Positions 37,444 to 46,644 of a stretch of DNA of 64,000 bases are shown here, in pieces (within the stretch, counting starts at the first letter, position 1; every line of letters starts with the position of its first letter). Both the position numbers and the translations under genes were made by a program. This DNA comes from an uncultured Eubacteriales bacterium (GTDB lineage Bacteria; Acidobacteriota; Aminicenantia; Aminicenantales; Aminicenantaceae). The notes under the pieces were generated by a model, which did no database searches, was not told the DNA's origin, and worked only from the letters and a program-made list of their open reading frames with translations. The stretch spans positions 91,317 to 155,316 of the forward strand of contig CAYVAT010000004.1 of the NCBI GenBank assembly GCA_964449165.1. The letters run 5' to 3'.

Positions 37444-39768
37444 TCAAATTTCTTGATCATTAAAGTGAATTAATAAGATTGTAAATGAGTCTTTAGTGTA
37501 TTCACCTGAATTTGGAGTAAAATTGGAGCCCCATCGGGCTATTCCCTTTGATATGCGTATCTCATCCAGCCAGCCATTGAAATGCTCTTCAGCGCCTCTG
37601 GATCCGATATGGAGCGGAGCTTCTGAATCGTATATTGAGACCTGCCCTATATCATGACTTTCACCTAGCTGAAAGCCATCAACAAAGGCCATAAGGTCTG
37701 AATCCTTCCTGACTATGGCTATGTGGTACCATCTATCCTTTGATGCAGACCAGTGGAACTTCGCATCCGTGTCGTTTTCTCCATCTGAACTATAGGAGAA
37801 CTTTATGCTTTTCGATTCTCCCTCCCATGCAATCTGCCATGCCTTGTCAGGACTGTAATACGGGTAGCCAACGAGAACCTGAGTTCCAGATGTATGTACA
37901 AATCTCACCCAGAAATCTATCGTGAAGTCTTCCGAGCTAAATGCCCAGCCTGGACGGTCTGCAACCTGCAGGTGGCTTCCGGCTCCATCAAAGAAAACAG
38001 ATGCACTGCCAAATTTTGGGTGTGCTGTATCAATCCGAACATTTCCATGAGGTATTATACTTCCCAACCGGAAGAGTTTGAATATGCCAATATGATAGAT
38101 TTCGGTGACATCGAACTCTTGATCCTTGATCCTTATTTTCTTTGGTTTATTTTGAAGTTGACTGAGAACAGGATCCTTATCCCAAGACCTGAATGAGGCA
38201 ATATATTTGATGTCTTTAATAAATAGATTTTTTGTATAATATGTAACAATATTTTTCTCGGGTATATCAGAAAGATAAGTAGCACAGGGCACCATTTTTC
38301 CAGGCATTAGTATCATTTCCTCGTTTTTCACTCTGTTTTTGACAACATTTAATCCAGCTTTTAAATCCCACAAACCGCCATACATATTATTGACTGTTGA
38401 TATGTGAGTGGAGACTAATGGAGTTATCAGCAAAAATAGAGGCAATAATAATAAATGACCTTTCGACCTGAAATGCCCTACTTTAAAAAAAACGTATACA
38501 CAGATTGGCAGAAATATTAAAAATCTTTTGAGGCTGTTTATATCAAAGCTGAGACTGAAAAACTCATGGTATGAATTTCTTATATACGGTGTGTTGAAAG
38601 CGCTATAAGCTACAATAATTCCCAATATTCCCAAAATAGATGCCACGATTATTTTTTTTTGATGTGGCCATCGCTTTAGAAAATATTCAATACCAGCGAT
38701 TGTATAAAGAGGGAACATCCACTCAATGAAATAGAAAAATCGCCAGGTTGTGTAGAAATAAAACCACAGGAAGAACAAGTACGCCAGAAAAAAGGTGTGC
38801 ACCTTCCAGTTGTTCAGCTTATTAAATTTAATCAGATGGAATAATCCAATCAAAATAATTAAAATGTTAATAATCCATACTATTTGTACCCACCAACTGC
38901 TATGAAATCTGGTTTCAGGCGTTACAGAAGCCCAATGATCAGCTGGCAAATAGGATAAGGTTATGGTACGCAACAGGGAAATAAAATCTCCTGTTGGCTT
39001 GCTTGTAACAAAAAGTTTATGCTTGAACAGGGCTGGAATATATCCACCTTTACCGATGAAAAAAAAATGATTGACCAGCAGCCAGATGGCAGAAGGCAGA
39101 AGGACGATAAAAGTTAGAAATATTAGACGCCATTTTTTTTTAGTAATAATTTTGGGCAAATTGGCAAGCACCGCTAATGCTGCGTCATACCGAGTAAATG
39201 CAGCGAGACCAGAGATGGACAAGGAGAGTTTTTCATTTGTGACATAAAAGGAGAGAAGGATCAGGACCAGCATTGTAGCCTCAGGTAGGGGTTGTGTTCC
39301 ACAATAGAGAGAAAGGCTTGAAAAAGCAAAAATCCAGCTGACAAGGAATGAATTTTTTATTCCGATCTTCTTGCTTATCTTATAGATAAGAATTATCGAA
39401 CATAGATAAGTGAAATTACTCAGAAGGATACCAGAATAAAGGATAGCTTTCTTTACTGAAATAAGCTGTGAAACCAATCCCATTAGCAGAGGGAAAAGAG
39501 GTTCTCTTAAAGTTCCAAATGGCAGATTAAAATGAAGCAGTGCTTCAGTAATATCCTTAAAAGCAAAAAAATCGCTTAAAGGAGAATAGTATTTTCCAGA
39601 GAGTAAAACTAGATAATAACAAGATATTCCTAATGTTAATGCAAGGGCCGAGATAGAAGCGACATCCTTCTTTTTGGGGTAATCACTATTTTGTGGTTTT
39701 TCACACAGTGGGAATTTGCTTTTTTTGGGTTGCAGCAATTCTCTCCATTTTTTATTCAAATTTAACAA
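37444..39768 (-). CDS. Polytopic GT-C-type membrane glycosyltransferase (ArnT/PMT-like) fused to a C-terminal LamG/ConA-like domain
   Basis: About 12 predicted TM helices over the first 450 aa with the loop and TM pattern of ArnT/GT39/GT83 enzymes; last 180 aa (FTIDFWVRFVHTSGTQVLVGYPYYSPDKAWQIAWEGE...FNGWLDEIRISKGIARW) about 70 percent identical to the C-terminus of the sulfatase-like protein at 1-2040. Confidence 0.6.
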   Translation of the reverse strand: MLNLNKKWRELLQPKKSKFPLCEKPQNSDYPKKKDVASISALALTLGISCYYLVLLSGKYYSPLSDFFAFKDITEALLHFNLPFGTLREPLFPLLMGLVSQLISVKKAILYSGILLSNFTYLCSIILIYKISKKIGIKNSFLVSWIFAFSSLSLYCGTQPLPEATMLVLILLSFYVTNEKLSLSISGLAAFTRYDAALAVLANLPKIITKKKWRLIFLTFIVLLPSAIWLLVNHFFFIGKGGYIPALFKHKLFVTSKPTGDFISLLRTITLSYLPADHWASVTPETRFHSSWWVQIVWIINILIILIGLFHLIKFNKLNNWKVHTFFLAYLFFLWFYFYTTWRFFYFIEWMFPLYTIAGIEYFLKRWPHQKKIIVASILGILGIIVAYSAFNTPYIRNSYHEFFSLSFDINSLKRFLIFLPICVYVFFKVGHFRSKGHLLLLPLFLLITPLVSTHISTVNNMYGGLWDLKAGLNVVKNRVKNEEMILMPGKMVPCATYLSDIPEKNIVTYYTKNLFIKDIKYIASFRSWDKDPVLSQLQNKPKKIRIKDQEFDVTEIYHIGIFKLFRLGSIIPHGNVRIDTAHPKFGSASVFFDGAGSHLQVADRPGWAFSSEDFTIDFWVRFVHTSGTQVLVGYPYYSPDKAWQIAWEGESKSIKFSYSSDGENDTDAKFHWSASKDRWYHIAIVRKDSDLMAFVDGFQLGESHDIGQVSIYDSEAPLHIGSRGAEEHFNGWLDEIRISKGIARWGSNFTPNSGEYTKDSFTILLIHFNDQEI

Positions 39769-40099
39769 ACAACTGATACCTTTAAACGCTTTTAGGATTT
39801 ATATATCAGGGAAAATAGGAATGTCAAATAGACTGAGAGAAGCTTCCTTCTCGATATTAAACAAAACATTTTTCTTCACAAATGAGCTGAAGATGAGCTG
39901 TGAGGGAGAAAGATGTGAGGCTGAAATTGAGATGCATTTTTCCCAAACATTTGAGTCCTGAAGGTTCCAATTCTTGAAAATGAGGCAAAGAATGGAGATA
40001 ATTATTTCTTTTTAAAGAAGGAAATTGCTATTCATTGTGAAAAAATTCTTGTCTCTGCTCATCTCTCGTCTCTTCTCGGGTTTTTTCTGGAGAGAATAG

Positions 40100-41422
40100 A
40101 TGTTCAATAATGCAAGAGCAATGTTCCATGTGATGAATGAAGCAAAGCTTCATCGCCTTGAACTCGATAAACTTGTATATCGACGTCTCAGGGCCATACT
40201 GGTATCTGCTTACCTGAACGTCCCTTACTACAGGGAACTAATGAAAAATGTAGGCTACGATCCTTCTCAGGACTATCAAGGCCCTGAGGATCTTTCCAAG
40301 CTTCCGATTACAAAGAAGGAAGTTATAAAACAGAGAAGAATCCGAGACTTTATCATGCAGCATAAAGATCTTTCTGGATGTTTAAGAGATACAACATCCG
40401 GGTCAACAGGAATTCCATTGGTAGTTTATAGAACTTGTTATGAACGCGCTTTTCAGATCGCCAAGTTTCTGCGCATCTTATTTTTGAATAGATACTCGAT
40501 GAGCAATAAAGTGATGTCGCTTACCAGACCGGATAAGCTTACAGAGGGACGGAGTGTTGTCCAGCGATTTGGATTTCTAAGAAGGAATGCGATCGACTTT
40601 CTTCGCTACTCACCAGAAGAGATGGTCGATATTCTCATCGAATACAAACCAGATGTGTTATATGGCAATCGCGCGCATCTTGAACTCATGGCACTGGAAT
40701 TGCAACGCCGTGGAATTCAGTGTGATAGCTTAAAGATTGTCTTGACAACTGGGGAAGCCATTCACGAGAATACTCGGCGGCTCTGCCAGAAGCAGTTTGG
40801 GGTTGACCCCGTGGAGACATATGGATCAATAGAGATGGGAATAATGGGATACGAAACTCCAGCGCATGATGGACTTCATCTCTATGAAAATCTGACTTAC
40901 TTTGAATTCCTGGACGAAGAAGAGAAACCAGTCCCACCTGGAAAACCTGGAAGAGTCATTGTGACGGATCTGATAGGGAAACTCATGCCTTTTATCAGGT
41001 ATGATCAAGGAGACTTTGCAGCTTTTGAGTATGGGAAAGACCTGAATGGTAATACTCAGCGGAGGCTAACCCAAACCATAGGTCGCGAGAATGACTACGC
41101 ATTGCTTCCAGATGGGACGAAACGTCCCTATAATGATTTGGTCAAGATAGTAGACAAATTTGAAGATATCAGGCAATTCCGTATTGTGCAACAAAAGCGA
41201 AGCCTATTCCAGATATTGATTGTCGCGGATACTTCTTATTTTCTCTCAATCCACGATGATCTCATGCGTCTGCTGCAGAAAAAATTTCCTCCGAATGTGA
41301 GCTTCAAAATTGCCCAGGTAGAGAAAATCGAACCAGACCCAAGCGGCAAAATGAGGGCATTCGTTTCAGAAGTTGACCGGATTTCCGATAAAGTTCCTGG
41401 AGAGATATCAGTAAAGGGATGA
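40100..41422 (+). CDS. Adenylate-forming enzyme of the phenylacetate-CoA ligase/CapK/F390-synthetase family
   Basis: DTTSGSTGIPLVVY (T-S-G-S-T-G P-loop of PaaK family) and family-typical length. Confidence 0.75.
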   Translation: MFNNARAMFHVMNEAKLHRLELDKLVYRRLRAILVSAYLNVPYYRELMKNVGYDPSQDYQGPEDLSKLPITKKEVIKQRRIRDFIMQHKDLSGCLRDTTSGSTGIPLVVYRTCYERAFQIAKFLRILFLNRYSMSNKVMSLTRPDKLTEGRSVVQRFGFLRRNAIDFLRYSPEEMVDILIEYKPDVLYGNRAHLELMALELQRRGIQCDSLKIVLTTGEAIHENTRRLCQKQFGVDPVETYGSIEMGIMGYETPAHDGLHLYENLTYFEFLDEEEKPVPPGKPGRVIVTDLIGKLMPFIRYDQGDFAAFEYGKDLNGNTQRRLTQTIGRENDYALLPDGTKRPYNDLVKIVDKFEDIRQFRIVQQKRSLFQILIVADTSYFLSIHDDLMRLLQKKFPPNVSFKIAQVEKIEPDPSGKMRAFVSEVDRISDKVPGEISVKG

Positions 41423-41530
41423 TACTCTGATCCATCCAACATTGAGATGTCTGTTCTTTTTTGATGTAGCTCAAAAATTTTTACTCTCTGGCATCACATT
41501 TTTGGCTGATGGAGCTGATGCGGAGGTACA

Positions 41531-42502
41531 TTGATATCGAGGAAAAGCGTATTCTGGGCCTTGCGAATAATAATAAGCGCAGCGCTGATTGGATACCTGC
41601 TGGCAACAGCTAACCTCGGCGAAATGTTTGTCAAAATCAAGTCATGTCATGTCTCACTTTTTTTATTCAGTCTTCTGATAGGCGTCCTTCGTAATGTGAT
41701 ATTTGCCTATCGATGGAGAGTCCTACTTACTGGAAGTGGAATTAAAGTTCCCTTTGTAACATTGGTCAAATTTTACTTCGGGGGGACTTTCTTTAATCTT
41801 TTCCTGCCTACGACTTTAGGAGGAGATGTGGTGAGAGGCTACGATCTTGCTATACATTCAGAGAAGAAGATGGATGCAGCTTCATCTGTGTTGGCAGAGA
41901 GAATCATTGGTTCCTTTGCACTCATTTTCATTGCTTTGTTTGCCATATTATTTGGACGGAAAAGGATTGAAAATACTCAAGTGATTAATGTCATTCTTAT
42001 CGTATGTATCAGTTATTTTACATTGGCGATAATCGTATTTAACGCCAGGATTATGAAGAGACTTATTGCTCTGTTCAAGTTCGGCTCACTCTGGAGCATA
42101 GGAAAGCGGCTGGATCGGATGTATAGTTCGCTGCGTGCGTTCTTTGCCAACAAAGTGATTCTATGTCTTTGTTTTGTTCTCTCCATAGTCTGCCAAACGC
42201 TGACAATGGTGGCGGTTTACCTTCTTGCATTGGCCATCAACCTGAGGCTCCCGCTTGTCTACTTTTTCATGATATTGCCCATGATTTGGATTGTAACCAT
42301 GGTTCCTCTGTCAATAAATGGACTGGGAGTAAGAGAAGGGGCTTTCGTTTTTTTCTTCACAGAAGTGGGAGTATCTGGCTCTTCGGCACTATTGTTTTCA
42401 TTCCTGAATCTTTCACGAATGATTGTTCTCGGCTTGATATGCGGGACCATCTATTTATTCTCTCAGATGCCTCTTCCATTCAAAAAACTCACAAAGAAGT
42501 GA
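41531..42502 (+). CDS. Flippase-like integral membrane protein (UPF0104 / lysyl-phosphatidylglycerol-synthase TM-region family)
   Basis: 8 TM helices; ...FYFGGTFFNLFLPTTLGGDVVRGYDL... is the family signature. Confidence 0.7.
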   Translation: MISRKSVFWALRIIISAALIGYLLATANLGEMFVKIKSCHVSLFLFSLLIGVLRNVIFAYRWRVLLTGSGIKVPFVTLVKFYFGGTFFNLFLPTTLGGDVVRGYDLAIHSEKKMDAASSVLAERIIGSFALIFIALFAILFGRKRIENTQVINVILIVCISYFTLAIIVFNARIMKRLIALFKFGSLWSIGKRLDRMYSSLRAFFANKVILCLCFVLSIVCQTLTMVAVYLLALAINLRLPLVYFFMILPMIWIVTMVPLSINGLGVREGAFVFFFTEVGVSGSSALLFSFLNLSRMIVLGLICGTIYLFSQMPLPFKKLTKK

Positions 42503-42586
42503 AGGCAGATTATTTTACGCCAAACAAGTAATATGTATTTTGTGGAATTTTTAGATGGCTATTCTTTGGAAGTGGAAGAATAAATT

Positions 42587-43561
42587 TTAGTCTGCTCGGT
42601 ATAGCTTCCTCTTAGATATATAATAATCAGCATAATAGTGAGAACATTCTTCGCACAAGGAAGGAGGCTTCTTTAGGAGATGCTTTTTCCTCATTTCCCT
42701 CATGATTTTATTTTTGAATAGACTCTGGAGATTTTCTCTTTTTGCATTTCCTATGACCATTTTTCCATCAAAATCCACACAACACGGAACAACATCTCCA
42801 TTCCACAAAACTACCAAGATTCGCCAGAGTTCCCGGCAGGGAGTATAATTTTTCTTGGTAATAGTAAAAAATTTTGGCTGGATATTCACAAAATCTGCCT
42901 TATTTTTCCATCTGATGAAAAAAGAATCAATCTCTGCAGTCGTCTCGTTAAATATCAGCATGGAAACTTCTACCCAGGTCTTTTTTTTAGAATCATTCCT
43001 CATCTGAATGAAATTTAATATATTAGACTCAATTTTTTCATAGGGAAAACCTCTCACTCTTTGATAGGTTTCCTTGCCTCCATCTACTGAAAACTTTATT
43101 ATATCCAATCCGCTTTCCAGGAGTTCTCTGGTAAGAGATTTATCCAGAAGAGTTCCATTCGTTGTTAAAGCTGTTTGCTTTCCTCTTGAATGGGCATAAC
43201 GAATCATTTCTATGATATCAGGGTGAATTAATGGTTCTCCCCAGTTGGTTAGATAAACTCTTTGAATCTCAGGATTTAAATCGATGATTTTTTTAAAAGT
43301 TTCAAATTTCATATATCCTTTTTCCCTCTTCATCTCTTTCGGTACAGGACAGCAGATACATTCAAGGTTACAAGTGTTGTTTGTTTCGATACCGACAGTT
43401 GTCAGTTTATATGCTCCAGGAATATGAGCAAGGCGGAAGAATTGATTAAGTGTTTCGCTAAATATCAATTTAGGGGTTGAATATCGAGCGAGAAGGGAAG
43501 GGAACAGCTTTGATTTGTTAAAAATTTTTGTAGTAATTAATCGAACGAGACTCTTATACAT
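42587..43561 (-). CDS. Radical SAM enzyme with C-terminal SPASM/twitch-like Cys-rich domain
   Basis: CNLECICC (CxxxCxxC), SVDG motif, C-terminal CCVDFDGKMVIGN...LCEECSHYY cysteine cluster. Confidence 0.75.
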   Translation of the reverse strand: MYKSLVRLITTKIFNKSKLFPSLLARYSTPKLIFSETLNQFFRLAHIPGAYKLTTVGIETNNTCNLECICCPVPKEMKREKGYMKFETFKKIIDLNPEIQRVYLTNWGEPLIHPDIIEMIRYAHSRGKQTALTTNGTLLDKSLTRELLESGLDIIKFSVDGGKETYQRVRGFPYEKIESNILNFIQMRNDSKKKTWVEVSMLIFNETTAEIDSFFIRWKNKADFVNIQPKFFTITKKNYTPCRELWRILVVLWNGDVVPCCVDFDGKMVIGNAKRENLQSLFKNKIMREMRKKHLLKKPPSLCEECSHYYADYYISKRKLYRAD

Positions 43562-43565
43562 CTTA

Positions 43566-44399
43566 TTAACGTGGTTTCTTAACTAAAAAAACAATCAAAT
43601 AGCCGTAATGCCTAAAGAATTCAAAGTGGTTATAGAGTGCCTCAAAAGGGGCTAGAAGGACCTCTGTTATTTTCGTTAAAGGGCGGAAATGGACATATGA
43701 AAAGAGATCTAGAATTCTTAATATTCCTGGCATAAAAAGTAAAGAAGATTGATCAAGTATTATGAAATCATTTTTTTTTAAAATCTGAGCCATCTGCTTT
43801 TTCGAAAATGACTTCTCATACCCGAAGGAATAAAGGCCTAGTTTTTGAAGCAAGAAAACCTGGAAAGGCCTTAGAAAGGGATCATATTTGTTGGGAACAC
43901 CTATAATTGCTTTGCCATCAGGTTTCAGCACCCGATACATTTCTTGGCAAGCTTTATCATATTCTAAGAAATGCTCTGCTGTTCCCATCGAATACACATA
44001 ATCAAAACAATCATTCGAGAAAGGAAGATATCTGAGATCAGCGACATTAAGAAAAAGATTATTCTCACCGGTTTTCGTGGCATCAAGAGCTTGACGAGTA
44101 ACAAAGAAGGAAATGTCCACACCGAACGCTTTGGCTTTTTCTGTGAGAATCCATTTTAGGATTCGGGTGTTTTTAGCCTCATTCCACAAGTCTGTTTTCA
44201 AGATGCTCTTCCCCTCTAAGTTAGAAAAATAATTGGAGATTATTCTCTTTTCTTGATTAAAATATATTTTTGTAGAGGGGGATCCATAAAAAGATTTAAT
44301 ATCTTTTGCGGCTCGGTTCCAGAACTGTTTAAGCTTATTTTCCGAGAAATCTTCCGGCGTTTTATTCTTTTTTGACCGGATATGTCTTAAATTTTTCAT
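43566..44399 (-). CDS. Class I SAM-dependent methyltransferase (Methyltransf_11-like)
   Basis: ...LRYLPFSNDCFDYVYSMGTAEHFLEYDKACQEMYRVLKPDGKAIIG... motifs II and III of class I MTases. Confidence 0.7.
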   Translation of the reverse strand: MKNLRHIRSKKNKTPEDFSENKLKQFWNRAAKDIKSFYGSPSTKIYFNQEKRIISNYFSNLEGKSILKTDLWNEAKNTRILKWILTEKAKAFGVDISFFVTRQALDATKTGENNLFLNVADLRYLPFSNDCFDYVYSMGTAEHFLEYDKACQEMYRVLKPDGKAIIGVPNKYDPFLRPFQVFLLQKLGLYSFGYEKSFSKKQMAQILKKNDFIILDQSSLLFMPGILRILDLFSYVHFRPLTKITEVLLAPFEALYNHFEFFRHYGYLIVFLVKKPR

Positions 44400-44524
44400 C
44401 AGAGATGGTAAAAAGATTCTCTATAACGACTCATACGATAATTAATTGGCAAGTATCATAACATCCTGGAATCCAAAATATCAACACGTAGAAAATTTGA
44501 TAATTTTGTTAAAAACCTGAAATT

Positions 44525-45505
44525 CTACAAAGCTTGTAAATGTCTCATCCCATTTATGAGTTCCTCTGTGGTGAGGGTGGCTGTGCCCAGTTTTCCGACC
44601 ACGATACCAGCTGCGGTATTGGAGAGAATGGCGGCTTCTTTTATCGATGCTCCGGAGAGAAGAGCGAGTGAGGCAACAGCAATCACCGTATCGCCTGCTC
44701 CTGTAACATCATAGACTTCCCTGGCAGTGGTGGGGATATGATAGGCTTTTTTCCTCTTTTCGAAGACGGTTATCCCCCGCTCTCCTCTTTTCAGGATGAG
44801 AAACCGGGTCAAGATGCGTGAGAGAATTCTCTCTCCGGCCTTTTCCACCTGAGAATCAGAGAGACAAGGATGATGGACAATCTTCTCTGCTTCGTGGTGA
44901 TTGGGAGTGATTAAGGTAACGGGTGAGAAGAGGAAGAAGTTCTCAATCTTGGGGTCAACGAAGACGGGGATTTTTTTTCTCTGGGCAAAGGGGAGAATCT
45001 TCTTCATCAGCGACCGGGTGAGAGTACCTTTGTTATAGTCGGAAAGGAGAATTCCATGGCAGGGATAATTATGGATGAGATCAACAATTTTTTTCTCCAT
45101 CTCTGAAGAAATAGGGTTCTTTTTCTCCAGATCCACTCTGACAACTTGCTGCTGGTGGGCGATGATCCGTGTTTTGACGATGGTGGGCCTGCTCTTGTCC
45201 ACAAGAATCCCACGGCTTTCTCCAGCATTCTCTCGGATCCATTCTCCTTCGTTGTCGTTGCCCACCATGCCCACCAGAAGGGGAGAAGATCCCAGACTTC
45301 GGAGATTGTGGCTGACATTGCCTGCTCCTCCCAGACATCGAGTGTCTTTTCTGACCTCAACAACCGGAACAGGGGCTTCAGGTGAGATGCGAGAAACATC
45401 TCCCCAGATGTATTTGTCCAGCATCAGATCACCCAAAACCAGAATCCTTCTCTTGTTGAAGTCGTGGACAATTTTACTCATCCTTTTCATATCGATGCCT
45501 ATCAT
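44525..45505 (-). CDS. PfkB-family D-glycero-beta-D-manno-heptose-7-phosphate kinase (RfaE domain I / HldA-type), kinase domain only
   Basis: RILVLGDLMLDKYIWGDVSRISPEAPVPVV...DVTGAGDTVIAVASLAL; start set at ATG 45505 (ATGA overlap with upstream stop). Confidence 0.75.
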   Translation of the reverse strand: MIGIDMKRMSKIVHDFNKRRILVLGDLMLDKYIWGDVSRISPEAPVPVVEVRKDTRCLGGAGNVSHNLRSLGSSPLLVGMVGNDNEGEWIRENAGESRGILVDKSRPTIVKTRIIAHQQQVVRVDLEKKNPISSEMEKKIVDLIHNYPCHGILLSDYNKGTLTRSLMKKILPFAQRKKIPVFVDPKIENFFLFSPVTLITPNHHEAEKIVHHPCLSDSQVEKAGERILSRILTRFLILKRGERGITVFEKRKKAYHIPTTAREVYDVTGAGDTVIAVASLALLSGASIKEAAILSNTAAGIVVGKLGTATLTTEELINGMRHLQAL

Positions 45506-46638
45506 GGTTTCTCCTTTCTTATAAAAATGGGATTGGAGAGGATCCAAGGTATATTTTTTGCTAATGGTGATCTTTCCTTAAGGTAAACCTCAATCCTGTA
45601 GATACCCGCTTCTTTGACTTCATAGACAAGGCTGTCTTCTGATGAGTTGAGGATTCTCTTTCCATTTCGGATAAGATAGATTTCTTTGGAGAAAGGAAAC
45701 GCAGCTCTGACGTGGATGATCAGCGGAGATAGGAGTCTCGATACACCGCCCATCGGGATTCTCCTCTGCCCGGCTTCCGCCCAGAAACGGAATCCTTTGG
45801 CTTGGGCCGCTGCATCGATGGCATTATAGAATCTTCCCTTTCTCAGGGCAGTGAGGATTTGATCCTTTGCTTTTCCGAAGTCTTCTGCCATGGGTTCACG
45901 GAGCAGAAGATGAAGATGAAGAAAGTCGAGAAGAGGAGCGTAAAGGAGGTGAGCGTCGATGCTGTAGTAACCATAGATGGGATGAATCAAGTTGAGCTCA
46001 TCCCATTTTCTCATATTCCTCTCAGGCCTTTTAAGCATCCTCAGCAGAGCGTATTTGGGCTTTACGAGGAATGCAGGAAGGTAGGGAATCATGCCAAGGA
46101 AGTTTTTCTTGAAAGATGTGTTGGCATTGATGATCTCTATACCTGAATAATCAATGAATTCTCCCCACGTCCAGCTTACCTTTGAATAGGGATGAGCGAT
46201 GATGGAAAATCCTCCTGCCGATTGTATTTCCAAGACAGCGTCTTCTGTATTTTGGGAAAAAGGACGATACGGGACATCGAAGCCCAACCCCACAAGATGC
46301 CCCCTGCTGACGGAAAGCTCCGATCCTGCCAACACCAGCACACCTTGCTTCCATCCCTGCTCTGCCAAGGACTCCAGGTTGGGATGTCCGTGGTCAGTAA
46401 TGATGATAAAATCCAAAGACCTGCGGGCGGCAAGTTTTGCGATTTCATCGATACTTTTTCGGCCATCAGAGAAGAGCGAATGGATGTGGTAGGCTCCTTT
46501 TATCTCCCTTGAAGAAGACGGCAGAAAAGAGTCTTCGTAAGTTCTGAACCTGAGAAGATTGAAACCCAGCCAGAATCCGTAAAGAAAAAAGAGAGCCAGC
46601 AGTACAAAAAGGAATTTATGCTTTCTTGACTTAGCCAA
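45502..46638 (-). CDS. PHP-domain metal-dependent phosphoesterase with N-terminal TM anchor
   Basis: GAYHIHSLFSDGRKSIDEIAKLAARRSLDFIIITDHGH is the PHP His/Asp-rich motif set. Confidence 0.65.
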   Translation of the reverse strand: MAKSRKHKFLFVLLALFFLYGFWLGFNLLRFRTYEDSFLPSSSREIKGAYHIHSLFSDGRKSIDEIAKLAARRSLDFIIITDHGHPNLESLAEQGWKQGVLVLAGSELSVSRGHLVGLGFDVPYRPFSQNTEDAVLEIQSAGGFSIIAHPYSKVSWTWGEFIDYSGIEIINANTSFKKNFLGMIPYLPAFLVKPKYALLRMLKRPERNMRKWDELNLIHPIYGYYSIDAHLLYAPLLDFLHLHLLLREPMAEDFGKAKDQILTALRKGRFYNAIDAAAQAKGFRFWAEAGQRRIPMGGVSRLLSPLIIHVRAAFPFSKEIYLIRNGKRILNSSEDSLVYEVKEAGIYRIEVYLKERSPLAKNIPWILSNPIFIRKEKP

Positions 46639-46644
46639 CCTGAT

